Source: an archaeon (GTDB taxonomy: Archaea > EX4484-52 > WAPT01). From it: a stretch of DNA of 64,000 bases. The stretch lies in contig JAPDKB010000002.1 in the NCBI GenBank assembly GCA_029258795.1, forward strand, positions 128,001 through 192,000, written 5' to 3'. A program made the translations under genes and the position numbers. Below, piece by piece: positions 26,914 to 36,752 of the stretch (positions are counted from its first letter, which is position 1; every line of letters starts with the position of its first letter). The notes beneath the pieces are model-generated. The model made no database searches. It saw only the letters and a program-made list of their open reading frames with translations, and was not told the DNA's origin.

Positions 26914-27969
26914 ATGATGAAGGAAGTGGGGAAGGAGACGTTGTTCAACCTTCGCGAGCTCCTCCAGAAGAGGAGGGAAGAGCTGAAAAGGATTGCGCGA
27001 GAGCTGGAGAAAAACGTGAGCTTGAGATCTGTTGTTCGTGAGAAACTGAAGCAGCTGGCATGCGTTGTTGCGGGTGTTGATGGCGGTTGCTACGTTTTTG
27101 AGGAGCTATCGATAAGCTTGCTTGCTTTGCGGGCTGCCTCAGCCATTATGACTATTGATGGTGGGAAGGTAGTTTCGGTGGAGCATGTTCCCGCAGGATA
27201 TATTGCGCCAAAGGTTTTGCTGGTGGAGGATGATGAAGATGATGCTGGCAGGGCACTCTCAATTCAGACGATGAGAGTGCTGGAAGAGGTGGCTCTGGCA
27301 AAAAGGCTTGCTGAAAACAAAAAGCCGGACATCCTGTTTTTGCATGGCCCTCTGCTTCCACATTTTCTCGCAAGAGCCGCAACGCTTGATTCGGGAAATG
27401 GAGAGAAACCTGCACGCTCCCGCTACAGAGCGGTGCTTCAGAATCTGGCTGAAATTGTGAGGCGGGCGGATGAAAGCGGGATGGTGGTGGCGGGAGTGGT
27501 TGAGGATAGCAGGGGAAGAACGCTACTGAGTACGATTGAGGATGAGGTGAGTGCTGGTGGCATGAGCGATACCGCGGCTTTGGACATCATCATGCGCAAG
27601 AACCAGTACACCATGCCGGTTCTTTACACAAATCCAGCGGTGAACAACACGCTTTCTTATCTCTATCCTGAATTGCGCAGAGCTCTTGATAGAGTGTTTG
27701 TGTTCTACCTCAAAAATGCGGAAGCCGACGTTCCGATACGCATCGAGTTCTATAAGCCAGAGGCGTTTACTATTGAGGAGACAGCCGAAAAAATAGCACG
27801 GAGTGTGGTAGCGCAAACACTCACATCTACATACTCCGTTCCAGCGGTTCTTGTGGAAGCGGACAGGAGAGCAAGGATAACTAAGAAGGAAGCGGAACTC
27901 TTACTCCTGCGGGAGCTGGGCAGTGAGGCCCTCAAGCTCGTGAAGAGGAGAAAGCGCAGGTTCGTGTAA
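26914..27969 (+). CDS. nurA: DNA double-strand break repair nuclease NurA
   Basis: 'AGVDGG', 'MR..EE', 'FLHGPL', 'GVVEDS', 'RIEF', 'Y.VP..L.EAD.RA'; near rad50/mre11. Confidence 0.85.
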   Translation: MMKEVGKETLFNLRELLQKRREELKRIARELEKNVSLRSVVREKLKQLACVVAGVDGGCYVFEELSISLLALRAASAIMTIDGGKVVSVEHVPAGYIAPKVLLVEDDEDDAGRALSIQTMRVLEEVALAKRLAENKKPDILFLHGPLLPHFLARAATLDSGNGEKPARSRYRAVLQNLAEIVRRADESGMVVAGVVEDSRGRTLLSTIEDEVSAGGMSDTAALDIIMRKNQYTMPVLYTNPAVNNTLSYLYPELRRALDRVFVFYLKNAEADVPIRIEFYKPEAFTIEETAEKIARSVVAQTLTSTYSVPAVLVEADRRARITKKEAELLLLRELGSEALKLVKRRKRRFV

Positions 27970-28023
27970 AACCTTAAAAAGCTTTACTCCAATTTTTTAC
28001 TATCTAATAATGGTGAAAATGGT

Positions 28024-28848
28024 ATGTATGGCACCACTCCTTTAATAGACGTTCTGAGAGAGGGTAAGGAGCGCAATCTTTTCAGGGATGAAGGATTCCG
28101 GCGTGTTTGCAGCGAGATAACGGATAGTGTGTACGCGCACATTAAAAAGTTGAGCGATGAAGATGAGCGTGCTTATTATGGGCTTCGAAGGGAACTGGTC
28201 GAGCTTGCTGTCAAAACCGCCGCCTATGAATCTTCCTACGGTAACGAATCCGAAAGGATTGTGAACAAATATAACTTCCATGAGGTTTTCAAGAGCAGCG
28301 CATCAAGGAGGGGGTATGGAGAGCTCCTCTACCTTTTCGTAAAAACTGTAACTCTCACCGAGGGCGGAGACAGAAGCGTTGATTTCCAGCCGGTGGCGGA
28401 TGCTCGCATTCAAACCACCAGTGGAGAGAGATACATCGCATGCTATGCGATGATGGTATCTCACCCCTCCGATCTTGAAGAAAGTGGGGACATGGTTGTG
28501 GAGTATGTTGGGCACATCAAACTGGATCCGAATGATCCGTTTGAAATAGGAGAAATTGGCGTTTATCGGACTTCAAATGAAGTGATGGAGAAGGAGGAAA
28601 TTGAAGATATGTTGGGATGTCCTTACGAAAATGCACGATGTCTTATCAAAATAGCCGGACCGGAGATCTTCTCTCCGGGAGAGGAGATACCAACATATAA
28701 ATATATTGAAAGTCAACTGATCGATAAGCTTGGAGAACACTTGCTTCAATGGATCAAAAAGCTCAGTATAAAGAAGTTCAGAGAGAGATTGCCGCATGTT
28801 TTCATTCCATCATACTCAAATGATGAATACCCGAGGGAGGTGTGGTGA
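28024..28848 (+). CDS. Hypothetical protein
   Basis: 274-aa ORF with GGTGA RBS; no family recognised. Confidence 0.7.
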   Translation: MYGTTPLIDVLREGKERNLFRDEGFRRVCSEITDSVYAHIKKLSDEDERAYYGLRRELVELAVKTAAYESSYGNESERIVNKYNFHEVFKSSASRRGYGELLYLFVKTVTLTEGGDRSVDFQPVADARIQTTSGERYIACYAMMVSHPSDLEESGDMVVEYVGHIKLDPNDPFEIGEIGVYRTSNEVMEKEEIEDMLGCPYENARCLIKIAGPEIFSPGEEIPTYKYIESQLIDKLGEHLLQWIKKLSIKKFRERLPHVFIPSYSNDEYPREVW

Positions 28849-28851
28849 GGT

Positions 28852-29667
28852 ATGGAAAGGAAGGACGGTGTGAGGATAAGCAATGAGGTGTATCGGGAAC
28901 TTCTTCACGGAACCAAGCCCGGAATACCTGAAAGTTCATACATCACGAGGTTTCTGGAGCTTGCAAATGAAGAAGTAAGGAAGGATTTGATGGAAAGTGT
29001 GAGGTACGACTACGGAGGAAACACGGAGTTCCTTTATTTGCTGAGCGGGGTGCTGCTCTCTATTGGCCCAACACCCGAAATGGCAGCAAATGAAATCAAC
29101 ATGTCCGAAAGAGTTTATGCTGAGGTGAAAAATACAGCGGAGTATGCATGGAGGAACAAAATAAAACTCGGAAACTTCGACCTGTATCTTCTCACCCAGA
29201 AGGAAGCGGAGGAACTGGGGATTGAGAGACCGATCGCAGTAATAAGGCACGGAAACAGCTACTTTGTGCCGGTAGAGAAGCTTGATGAGAGCGGTTACTG
29301 GTGCGTTAATCTCTCGAATCTGCGAGAAGGAGCGGTGATCAGATTAAAAGACAATAAGATTTCAATCGAAAAGGCAGAAGCACCGAAATTCTACAACAAG
29401 GACATCACGATAAGTCAGGAGAGCTTCATTCACGAGTTTTACGAGAATTTATCTAGAAGTTTTGCCAGAGAAGAACAATTCCCGGACCTACCACCAGAAA
29501 GAAAAATGTTGAAGGAAGAGAGCAGGGGCAGGAACAGGATATTAGATCCTGCGGAGCACGCGATACTCAAGGGTGAGCATCAGAAGGTTAAAGAGCTTCT
29601 GGAAGGGTACGACAAACCGGTTGATTTCAGCGAGCTCTGGGATGATGAAGAAAGCGGTCATCAGTAA
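28852..29667 (+). CDS. Hypothetical protein
   Basis: 271-aa ORF 3 nt after the previous one, GGTGAGG RBS; no family recognised. Confidence 0.7.
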   Translation: MERKDGVRISNEVYRELLHGTKPGIPESSYITRFLELANEEVRKDLMESVRYDYGGNTEFLYLLSGVLLSIGPTPEMAANEINMSERVYAEVKNTAEYAWRNKIKLGNFDLYLLTQKEAEELGIERPIAVIRHGNSYFVPVEKLDESGYWCVNLSNLREGAVIRLKDNKISIEKAEAPKFYNKDITISQESFIHEFYENLSRSFAREEQFPDLPPERKMLKEESRGRNRILDPAEHAILKGEHQKVKELLEGYDKPVDFSELWDDEESGHQ

Positions 29668-31940
29668 ACTCTCGTGGCTTTCGTCACATCTTTTTTCCCT
29701 TCTCCTCTTTCAAATCTGTAGAGGTGCTCCGCTGCACTTTCCGCAAGCGTTTCATCATGCGTTATGAGTATCACCTGTTTCAGGACTTCAACCGCTCTTT
29801 CTCTGAGCGTTCTGCCCAGCTCTTCAACCGCCTTGCTGTCCAGATTGTGTGTGGGTTCATCCAGAATCATGACCTTGAAGGAAGGAGCGAGCAGGTTGGC
29901 AAGTGCAAGCCTCAGGGTTAGAGCGGCGGTCATTCTCTCTCCTCCAGAAACGAAAGTGTCGGCATCAACCCACACACCCTCGCTGCTGAGAAGCCTTAGC
30001 ACGTAGCCATCCTCCACGAAAAGCTTGACATCCTGATAATCCTCATAAGGATATAGCACTTCCCATATCCTGCTCATCTGGAAGTTGAGGGCAGCGACAA
30101 ATTCTTCCCTTATTTCCACCTGCGCCTTTATGAGCACGTCCTGAAGCTTGATGAGCATCCCAACCTTTTCCTTCAAGCTCTCGATTTCCTCCTCAATCTT
30201 TCGAATGGTTTCTACCCTCTCCTTAATCTCGTTGAGGCGGTGTTCCTTTTCCTTTATCACTTCATTCAGCCTGCTGAGTTCACCTTTCACCGCACCAACC
30301 TTCTGGTTGAGCTCCATCACCACTTTCTCAGCTTCTTTCAGCTCGGCTTCATCAACCTTCAAGCTCATCAATTCCCTTTCAAGTTCGGCAACACCTTTCT
30401 CTATACTTCTTATCCTTCCCGCTTTTTCTATGAGGTCCAGAAGCTTCTCCACCTCTTTAAGCTCCTTCTCAATTTTTTCTTTTTCAACTTCCTTCAACTC
30501 TTTCTCAATCTGCTGAATATTTTTTTCCAAAGAGCCCAGCACCCTCCCACTGTCTTCAACCGATTTTCTCCTTTTTTCTGCCATTTCTGCCATCGATTTC
30601 AGCTTCAGCGCTTCATCCTTTTTCTTTTTCAACTCGTTCAACTCTTCCATAAGCTTTTTCCGCTTTACATTGAGCTCACCAATTTTCCTTCTGAATTCTT
30701 CAATTCTTTTTTCCTTAACCGCAATTAGTTCCTTTTTCTTTGCATATGTTAGCTTGCTCTCACAGACAGGACATGCAGCTTCCGCTTTTTTCAACGCATC
30801 AATGCTTTCTCTTTCATTATCTATGGCCGTCTTGAACATGGATACTTTCTCAATCAGCGACTTCTCCTCCATTTCGAGAGATTTTATAGTATTTTCAATC
30901 TCTTCCACATTTGGCGCTTCCTTTAACTTCTCCTCAAGTTTCCTTATCTCCTCTTCATCCCGCTTTATCTGCTCTTCAATCACGCGCTTTCGGGATTTCA
31001 GAGCTTCAAGCTCTTTTTCCTTCAAGTTAATTTCTTTCAGAGTCCTTTCAAGTTCCGACTTTCTCGCTTCAACTTCATCCTTTTTCTTTTTCTCCAGCTC
31101 CTCTACACTCATTCCATTCCTTTTTATCTCTTCAAGAAGAGCGTTTATCTCACCCTTTAGCGATGAAATTCTGTTGTTCAAGATATCGGCTTTCGCTTTC
31201 TTCTGTTTCAAATCATCCAGTTTGCTTTTTTTGTTTGTCAGCTCGTCTTCCAGCTTTTGGGCTTCTTTTTTCTTCTCCTCCAGCTCCCTTCGTTTTATTT
31301 CCAGATCCTCTTCCATCTTCTTTACATCAACACTTTCCATATCCTTTTTCCATTGAGTGAGCATGCTTTCTTTCGTCTGAATCTCCTTCTTAATGTTGTT
31401 TATTAGGGTTACCAAATTTGACCGTGCGCTCTCTATCTTATCTATCCTCAAAATCTCATCCATCTTGGCTTTTCTTTCAGCCGGTCTGAGGGAGAGAAAA
31501 GCATCTATCCTATTCTGTTCTCCATAAACTATTTGTACGAAAGTGTCGTAATCAACACCCGTGATTTTTTCAACAACTTTGGTAACCTCGTTGGTTTGGG
31601 GTGCCGCCAGAAGCCTGCCATCTTCTCTTATCTCGCTGTGATACGTGCCCTTGTTAATACTGACCTTCCTAACAACTTCGTAAGTTTTCCCGTCTATTTC
31701 CATCCACACTTTAACTTCCGCTTCATGTTTTCGTGTTGGAAACTTCATGACGAGATCCTGAATCTTCAGCTTTCTGGACTGAATGGACGGAGTTGTGCCG
31801 TACAGGCAGAAACAGACGGCTTCAAGCACAGAGCTCTTGCCAGAACCCATTGAGCCAAGAAGACAGTTCACACCCTCTGCGAATTCCAGCTCGCTGTGTA
31901 GATGTGTCTTCCAGTTTTTGAGCTCAACCTTTGTAATCAT
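29661..31940 (-). CDS. rad50: Rad50 ATPase
   Basis: Walker A GSMGSGKS, long coiled coils, central CPVC zinc hook, 'SGGE' signature, 'ILDEPT', 'ITHD'. Confidence 0.93.
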   Translation of the reverse strand: MITKVELKNWKTHLHSELEFAEGVNCLLGSMGSGKSSVLEAVCFCLYGTTPSIQSRKLKIQDLVMKFPTRKHEAEVKVWMEIDGKTYEVVRKVSINKGTYHSEIREDGRLLAAPQTNEVTKVVEKITGVDYDTFVQIVYGEQNRIDAFLSLRPAERKAKMDEILRIDKIESARSNLVTLINNIKKEIQTKESMLTQWKKDMESVDVKKMEEDLEIKRRELEEKKKEAQKLEDELTNKKSKLDDLKQKKAKADILNNRISSLKGEINALLEEIKRNGMSVEELEKKKKDEVEARKSELERTLKEINLKEKELEALKSRKRVIEEQIKRDEEEIRKLEEKLKEAPNVEEIENTIKSLEMEEKSLIEKVSMFKTAIDNERESIDALKKAEAACPVCESKLTYAKKKELIAVKEKRIEEFRRKIGELNVKRKKLMEELNELKKKKDEALKLKSMAEMAEKRRKSVEDSGRVLGSLEKNIQQIEKELKEVEKEKIEKELKEVEKLLDLIEKAGRIRSIEKGVAELERELMSLKVDEAELKEAEKVVMELNQKVGAVKGELSRLNEVIKEKEHRLNEIKERVETIRKIEEEIESLKEKVGMLIKLQDVLIKAQVEIREEFVAALNFQMSRIWEVLYPYEDYQDVKLFVEDGYVLRLLSSEGVWVDADTFVSGGERMTAALTLRLALANLLAPSFKVMILDEPTHNLDSKAVEELGRTLRERAVEVLKQVILITHDETLAESAAEHLYRFERGEGKKDVTKATRVY

Positions 31941-31992
31941 ACAATTCCTGATAATCCGCAAAATCTTAAAAACCCTTCACCTTACTCAAAAA

Positions 31993-34900
31993 TCAACTCA
32001 CATCCACACTACAACCATTTCCAGGCAAAAACACCCAGTATGCCTTTCCTTTCTCCAGGGTATCTGGATTTACCCATTTCCCATCTTCAGGTTGCCAGTA
32101 ATACACAAAATTTTTAGGGATATTACATTTCTCCATGATCACTTCCACGCTTTGCCCTGTTCCCGGTATCAAATTCCAACCATTTACCAGCCCAACTCTT
32201 TCAATCTCAAAATCCTTGGGGCTTCCGACAACACAATCTTTTGACGAATACACATAATAACCACGGTTTGGTTGGATCTTTTTATTGCATATGAATGCTT
32301 GTCTCCTGCTATCCCACGTCCAGAAATAACACCCATCACGGCTTTTCAAATCACAGCCCGCGTTCTCAAAATCCTTTACTTCCAACTCGACTGGTGAGGA
32401 AATTAGGTTCCATCCCTGTTTTATCGGTAGCTGAACCACAACCTCTTCTGGTGTGGGAATTTCCGGGGTAATTTCAGGAGGCATTGGGATTTCTGGCTCT
32501 TCTACTTCCCCTTTTTCCTCCTCAGCACAGGTCACACAGTAATAATACTCATGTCCTCTGGAATCCTTACACGGCTTATCAAGCTTTACATAATTGCCTC
32601 TTCCATCACACTCATATTCCCAAATTTCCACTGATCCGCACCAGTATTCATTTCCGTACTCTTGTTTGCAAGAAATAAACTCTTTGATTTCTTTTTTCTC
32701 TTCAGCTCCACCTTCGGAGGACTCTTTTTCACTTTCGCCACCCGTATTATCGCTCTTACTATCCTTCTCTGAAGCTGCTGAAGACTCTAGAAGGAGTGTT
32801 ACGCTGCATTTGGTGTATATTATATTGCATATTTCCGTGCCGCTGAAACTGCATGCGCCATCCACATCATAGAGCATTATCATACTATCGTACTGACGGT
32901 CAGGTTGGATAGAAAGAACCTTTATTTTTATTCCGCCCACCTCTGCACTCTCCCCTTCACTCAGCTCAAGAGCAGATTTCTGGTCGTTTACTCTAACACC
33001 CATTTTTGCGAATAATCCTTCCCTTAATCCCTCGTCTTCCCACCTATGTTTTTCAGTATTTTTATATTCAGCAACGGCAACCAAAGACAGCATTATTTCC
33101 TTGCCACCAAATTCCATCTTTTTGTCTTGGTTGCATGATATTGTTAGTGTTTTTAAGTTACCGCCCTCGTTCGTATCTACACCTTTTTGAGTTTCTTGAT
33201 TTTTATTCTCTTCGGATTTTTCGGGCCCGTTTTCGCACTCTCGCTTCTCCACAACCCACTTCGTATTTGTTATCTCGTAATGGCATTTTCCTTTTTTAAT
33301 CTTCCAGATTTTACCCTTGCATTCATATTTTCTGTATTCCATCTTTCTCTCCGTAATTTTACAATTACCATCAGTTCTAACTCTTGTGTTTGAGGTAGAG
33401 TACCACTTACTCGGTGGGCAATCCTTATCCTTGCTGCACCGCATAGACTGCTTATTTTGATCTCCTTTTTCATTTTCCTTTCTTTCTTCTCCACCACTCT
33501 TCCTTTCACTTCCCTCTGAACCGCTTCCGCAACCCAAGCGCTTAACTTTTATTTCTACATACCCGTCCAAATAATCTATTTTGCATATCTCACCCTCCCC
33601 ACCTTTAGAACATACACCGTTTCCCGAATCATAGTATTCAACGTAATAATCCTCCTTAGGTTCCAAGGAAAGTACCTTGAACTCCCAGTCGCCTTCTCTG
33701 AAAACATTACCTTCTCTTACCGTATGGGTGTGTGTAGACTTTTCGTCAAAGACAAAGATATCCGTAAGCAGACCTTCTTCAGCCCAATCAATTTTCTCAG
33801 TGTCCACTTGTTTGAAGATGGACATCAATTGAATCTCGACACTTTTCCCTTCCAATTCAATTTTCTTTCTTTCAAACATCCGAATTTTAACTGTTTTCTC
33901 GCATTCGGATTTTGCTGGCTCTGATCCCACGTCAACCCAGCGCTTTCTGTATACTACCATGCAACGACCGCCATGATAATGAACATACTCCCCAACACAT
34001 CTGTATTTTTTGTAAACTTCCAGCCTTTGTTTTTTCATAACATTTCCCTTACGTACCGTTCTATACACATCCGTCGGATACCAACCGCTCTTACCACAGT
34101 CAGAGGCTCTCCAGCACCTTTTTCTAGGATAATCTGTTATGTTGACTTTTATTTTTGCTTTTGAAACATATTTTCTGCCTGCCTCTACACTTACTTCAAT
34201 TTCATTATCCTCATAAATGGCTGGCAGACTGTCTCTACATACGACTTCTTTCATCTCGTTTACCTTCAGAAATCTCGGATAATTGATAGTATCGCATGTG
34301 ACTCCGTTGAGGCGAAGAGTATATTCTGTATTGACGGACCCTGTATTTTTCAACTTTACTCTGATATCGAATTCTCTCCATAGCTCATCCCATCTAACCC
34401 TGATCTCCTTGGGCTCCACATCCATAATCTCCACTCTGTTATTACAACCATATCTTATTTCAAATTCATTTTTCATTTCATCAATAGAAGTTCCAGCTAT
34501 ATACCACCAATAGTCATAGAGAGGCCTATACTTACCTTTATACCATACCCAACTTATATGTGGTTGCAGGTAAGCAACATCTTCCTCGCCATCCATCATC
34601 ACCATTACCCAATGTTTTGGTAGTGAGCTAGTTCGCGTCGGGCACCTCAGCACATCCCATTTAGTCCCACAACTATCCGTCCAAGTTTCAACATAATCGC
34701 ACACAGTGTTTATGCAATCTTCTCTAAGTTTTCTGTCGCTATTCCATTTCGCAGAATACACACATTCCTCCGGATTTCTCTTTCTGATTTCGGGTGGTTT
34801 AACTTCTTTCTCGACCACTTCCAGTTTTATTTTAGCACTCTGATCATTTTTATTATAACATTTGGCATCCAAAAGTGTGACTTTTAAATCAAAATTATAT

Positions 34901-35799
34901 CCTTCAGCAACTGCGTGTCCTCCCTTATCTAGAATTGCAACATCCGAAAATTTATCAAACTTAAATCTGTACTTTCTGTTACGATTCCACCAGGAAGTAC
35001 ATCTCCATAAACAATCCTTTCCCAAAAACTCGATTGTGAAGGAAACTCCATTAAGAGTAACGGTTTTTCTTTCATGAACTCTTTCAAACTCAACTATGAT
35101 TTCTTTTCCTTCTAACCCATTATTGCTCGTATCTCCTGATTTGGATGGTTCTCCCGGTCCCGATGTTTCTTCTGGAGGTTCCGCGTAAGCAAATTTCACA
35201 TAATCAACTTTTATCTCAACATAATGATCATGCATATTACAATATTGCTTGCTTAAATCCTCAATTACTATCTTTAAATCTACTTCTTTTCCCGCGTACT
35301 TTGAAACATCTACCGAATACTCGCCTGATTTTTTATGGCCTTTTACTCCAGGTGTGTGGAACTTTAATACCCACTCATCATTTATTTTTATTCCAGTATA
35401 CCCTCCATACTCCTTTTCAACAACTTCCACATATGTTACCAGATACTTGGCGTTCTTAGGAACGTAGACTCTTTGTTTTAGCCCCGCTTCACCACAATAA
35501 CCTCCTTCACCATTAGTTCCCGATATAATTATTGCTTTTCCGTCCTTTATAGATATCTCTCCAGGCACATCGTTAGTTGTGCACCCAGAAGTTGGTACGT
35601 TATCACAAGAATCTATGGGTCTCTCAAATTTTTCCCAGCCTTTGCCATCGTTCAATCCATCATTGGGGTCAGAAAAATCATAGTTAACTATTCCCTCTAA
35701 CGAGGTACTTGATGAAAAACTCAGTGATGGGAACATAAGCGCTACAATAAATATTATCGATAAGTATATCGCCATCTGATTAAGGTTAGAACGGCACAT
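31993..35799 (-). CDS. Very large Cys-rich secreted protein with internal duplication and C-terminal GWNL repeats
   Basis: Signal peptide; two about 200-aa repeats; 'GWNLISSP' and 'GWNLIPG' modules; 1268 aa uninterrupted. Confidence 0.78.
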   Translation of the reverse strand: MCRSNLNQMAIYLSIIFIVALMFPSLSFSSSTSLEGIVNYDFSDPNDGLNDGKGWEKFERPIDSCDNVPTSGCTTNDVPGEISIKDGKAIIISGTNGEGGYCGEAGLKQRVYVPKNAKYLVTYVEVVEKEYGGYTGIKINDEWVLKFHTPGVKGHKKSGEYSVDVSKYAGKEVDLKIVIEDLSKQYCNMHDHYVEIKVDYVKFAYAEPPEETSGPGEPSKSGDTSNNGLEGKEIIVEFERVHERKTVTLNGVSFTIEFLGKDCLWRCTSWWNRNRKYRFKFDKFSDVAILDKGGHAVAEGYNFDLKVTLLDAKCYNKNDQSAKIKLEVVEKEVKPPEIRKRNPEECVYSAKWNSDRKLREDCINTVCDYVETWTDSCGTKWDVLRCPTRTSSLPKHWVMVMMDGEEDVAYLQPHISWVWYKGKYRPLYDYWWYIAGTSIDEMKNEFEIRYGCNNRVEIMDVEPKEIRVRWDELWREFDIRVKLKNTGSVNTEYTLRLNGVTCDTINYPRFLKVNEMKEVVCRDSLPAIYEDNEIEVSVEAGRKYVSKAKIKVNITDYPRKRCWRASDCGKSGWYPTDVYRTVRKGNVMKKQRLEVYKKYRCVGEYVHYHGGRCMVVYRKRWVDVGSEPAKSECEKTVKIRMFERKKIELEGKSVEIQLMSIFKQVDTEKIDWAEEGLLTDIFVFDEKSTHTHTVREGNVFREGDWEFKVLSLEPKEDYYVEYYDSGNGVCSKGGEGEICKIDYLDGYVEIKVKRLGCGSGSEGSERKSGGEERKENEKGDQNKQSMRCSKDKDCPPSKWYSTSNTRVRTDGNCKITERKMEYRKYECKGKIWKIKKGKCHYEITNTKWVVEKRECENGPEKSEENKNQETQKGVDTNEGGNLKTLTISCNQDKKMEFGGKEIMLSLVAVAEYKNTEKHRWEDEGLREGLFAKMGVRVNDQKSALELSEGESAEVGGIKIKVLSIQPDRQYDSMIMLYDVDGACSFSGTEICNIIYTKCSVTLLLESSAASEKDSKSDNTGGESEKESSEGGAEEKKEIKEFISCKQEYGNEYWCGSVEIWEYECDGRGNYVKLDKPCKDSRGHEYYYCVTCAEEEKGEVEEPEIPMPPEITPEIPTPEEVVVQLPIKQGWNLISSPVELEVKDFENAGCDLKSRDGCYFWTWDSRRQAFICNKKIQPNRGYYVYSSKDCVVGSPKDFEIERVGLVNGWNLIPGTGQSVEVIMEKCNIPKNFVYYWQPEDGKWVNPDTLEKGKAYWVFLPGNGCSVDVS

Positions 35800-35898
35800 A
35801 TAAACCGCCCCCTCGTAAATAGTATTTCAATTGTATGGCTATTGCCTGATTATCCATATATTTTTTCCCTCTATATATATTTTTCTATTTTCCCTTAA

Positions 35899-36270
35899 GA
35901 GACCGTTTTAATAAGCACGTCCCCTTTAACAACATTCCACTAAAACATAACCTCTATTGCACCACAAACCAAGCAAATACAGAACACGCTTAACCAATAA
36001 TTGCCATCCAATCTCAAACTACAGGCAATTATTAAAATTAAACTTCATAGTCATAAACTTAAAAGATCTGAACACCTGCTCCACACAATTTTTCTTTCCA
36101 AAAGTTACACGTTTCATTTTAATTCCATCCTTCTACAAAACCTGCTTATAACACGCATTTAACATCTGCAGCATCATTATGAAATATCGTGTGTTGTTAA
36201 CCTTTACCCTGCTTTCATCCATAGCAATACGTGTTCTATCTTTTCTTTTCCATTTTAACTTTAAAGCTAC
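35899..36270 (-). pseudogene. Decayed IS6-family element (transposase fragments and eroded right terminal repeat)
   Basis: Minus strand aligns by eye to parts of 12925-13423 (e.g. ACTTTTGGAAAGAAAAATTGTGTGGAGCAGGTGTTCAGATC vs ACTTTTGGAAGGAGGAATTGTATTGAGCATGTGTTCAGATC); fragment 'IAMDESRVKVN' vs 'IAIDETKLRVN'; deletions, frameshifts and stops. Confidence 0.85.
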
Positions 36271-36375
36271 GCGGTTCATCTTTAATTGAAAATTGATCGT
36301 TGTTATCTCGAAAAATAAAAATGGAAAAAAAGAAAACGTTCCTACACTTTCAAATCTACATCTCTACATCCGGAT

Positions 36376-36663
36376 TCACTTCTTAAAAGCTTCCACGAGG
36401 TTCAGCAGCGCTCCAACCACAACGAACACTGCTCCAAGCGCTGCCAGTACACCCTGCACCTGTGTTATTGTCTGGGCAGAACCCTGAGCCACTGCCGCAA
36501 ACACTCCGATAGCAGCGGCCATGAAAAACAGCATTGCTGCTACCGTAAAGTACTTCCAGTCAAGCTTCGGCAATGCGCTGTACTTCCAGAGCACACCGAG
36601 CACTGCTATTACGAGGAGTGCTCCAAGAGGTGTAGCCATTGTAAGCAAGTTTTCCACCGCCAT
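36376..36663 (-). CDS. Small membrane protein (3 predicted TM helices)
   Basis: Hydrophobic 95-aa ORF with AGGTGA RBS. Confidence 0.7.
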   Translation of the reverse strand: MAVENLLTMATPLGALLVIAVLGVLWKYSALPKLDWKYFTVAAMLFFMAAAIGVFAAVAQGSAQTITQVQGVLAALGAVFVVVGALLNLVEAFKK

Positions 36664-36752
36664 TTTATCACCTGTTGTTTAGTGAGCTTTTAATTCCTTT
36701 TATATGTTTTTCACCTTTCAGGCAATTACATCGTTTATTGACGAATATAGAA

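Noticed and set aside
30148-31356. Long S/F/L-rich plus-strand ORFs (also 62715-63401, 43297-44091, 56461-57327)
   Set aside because: Antisense shadows of real K/E-rich or housekeeping genes on the other strand.
35957-36151. 64-aa plus-strand ORF
   Set aside because: Antisense shadow of the decayed IS6 transposase.
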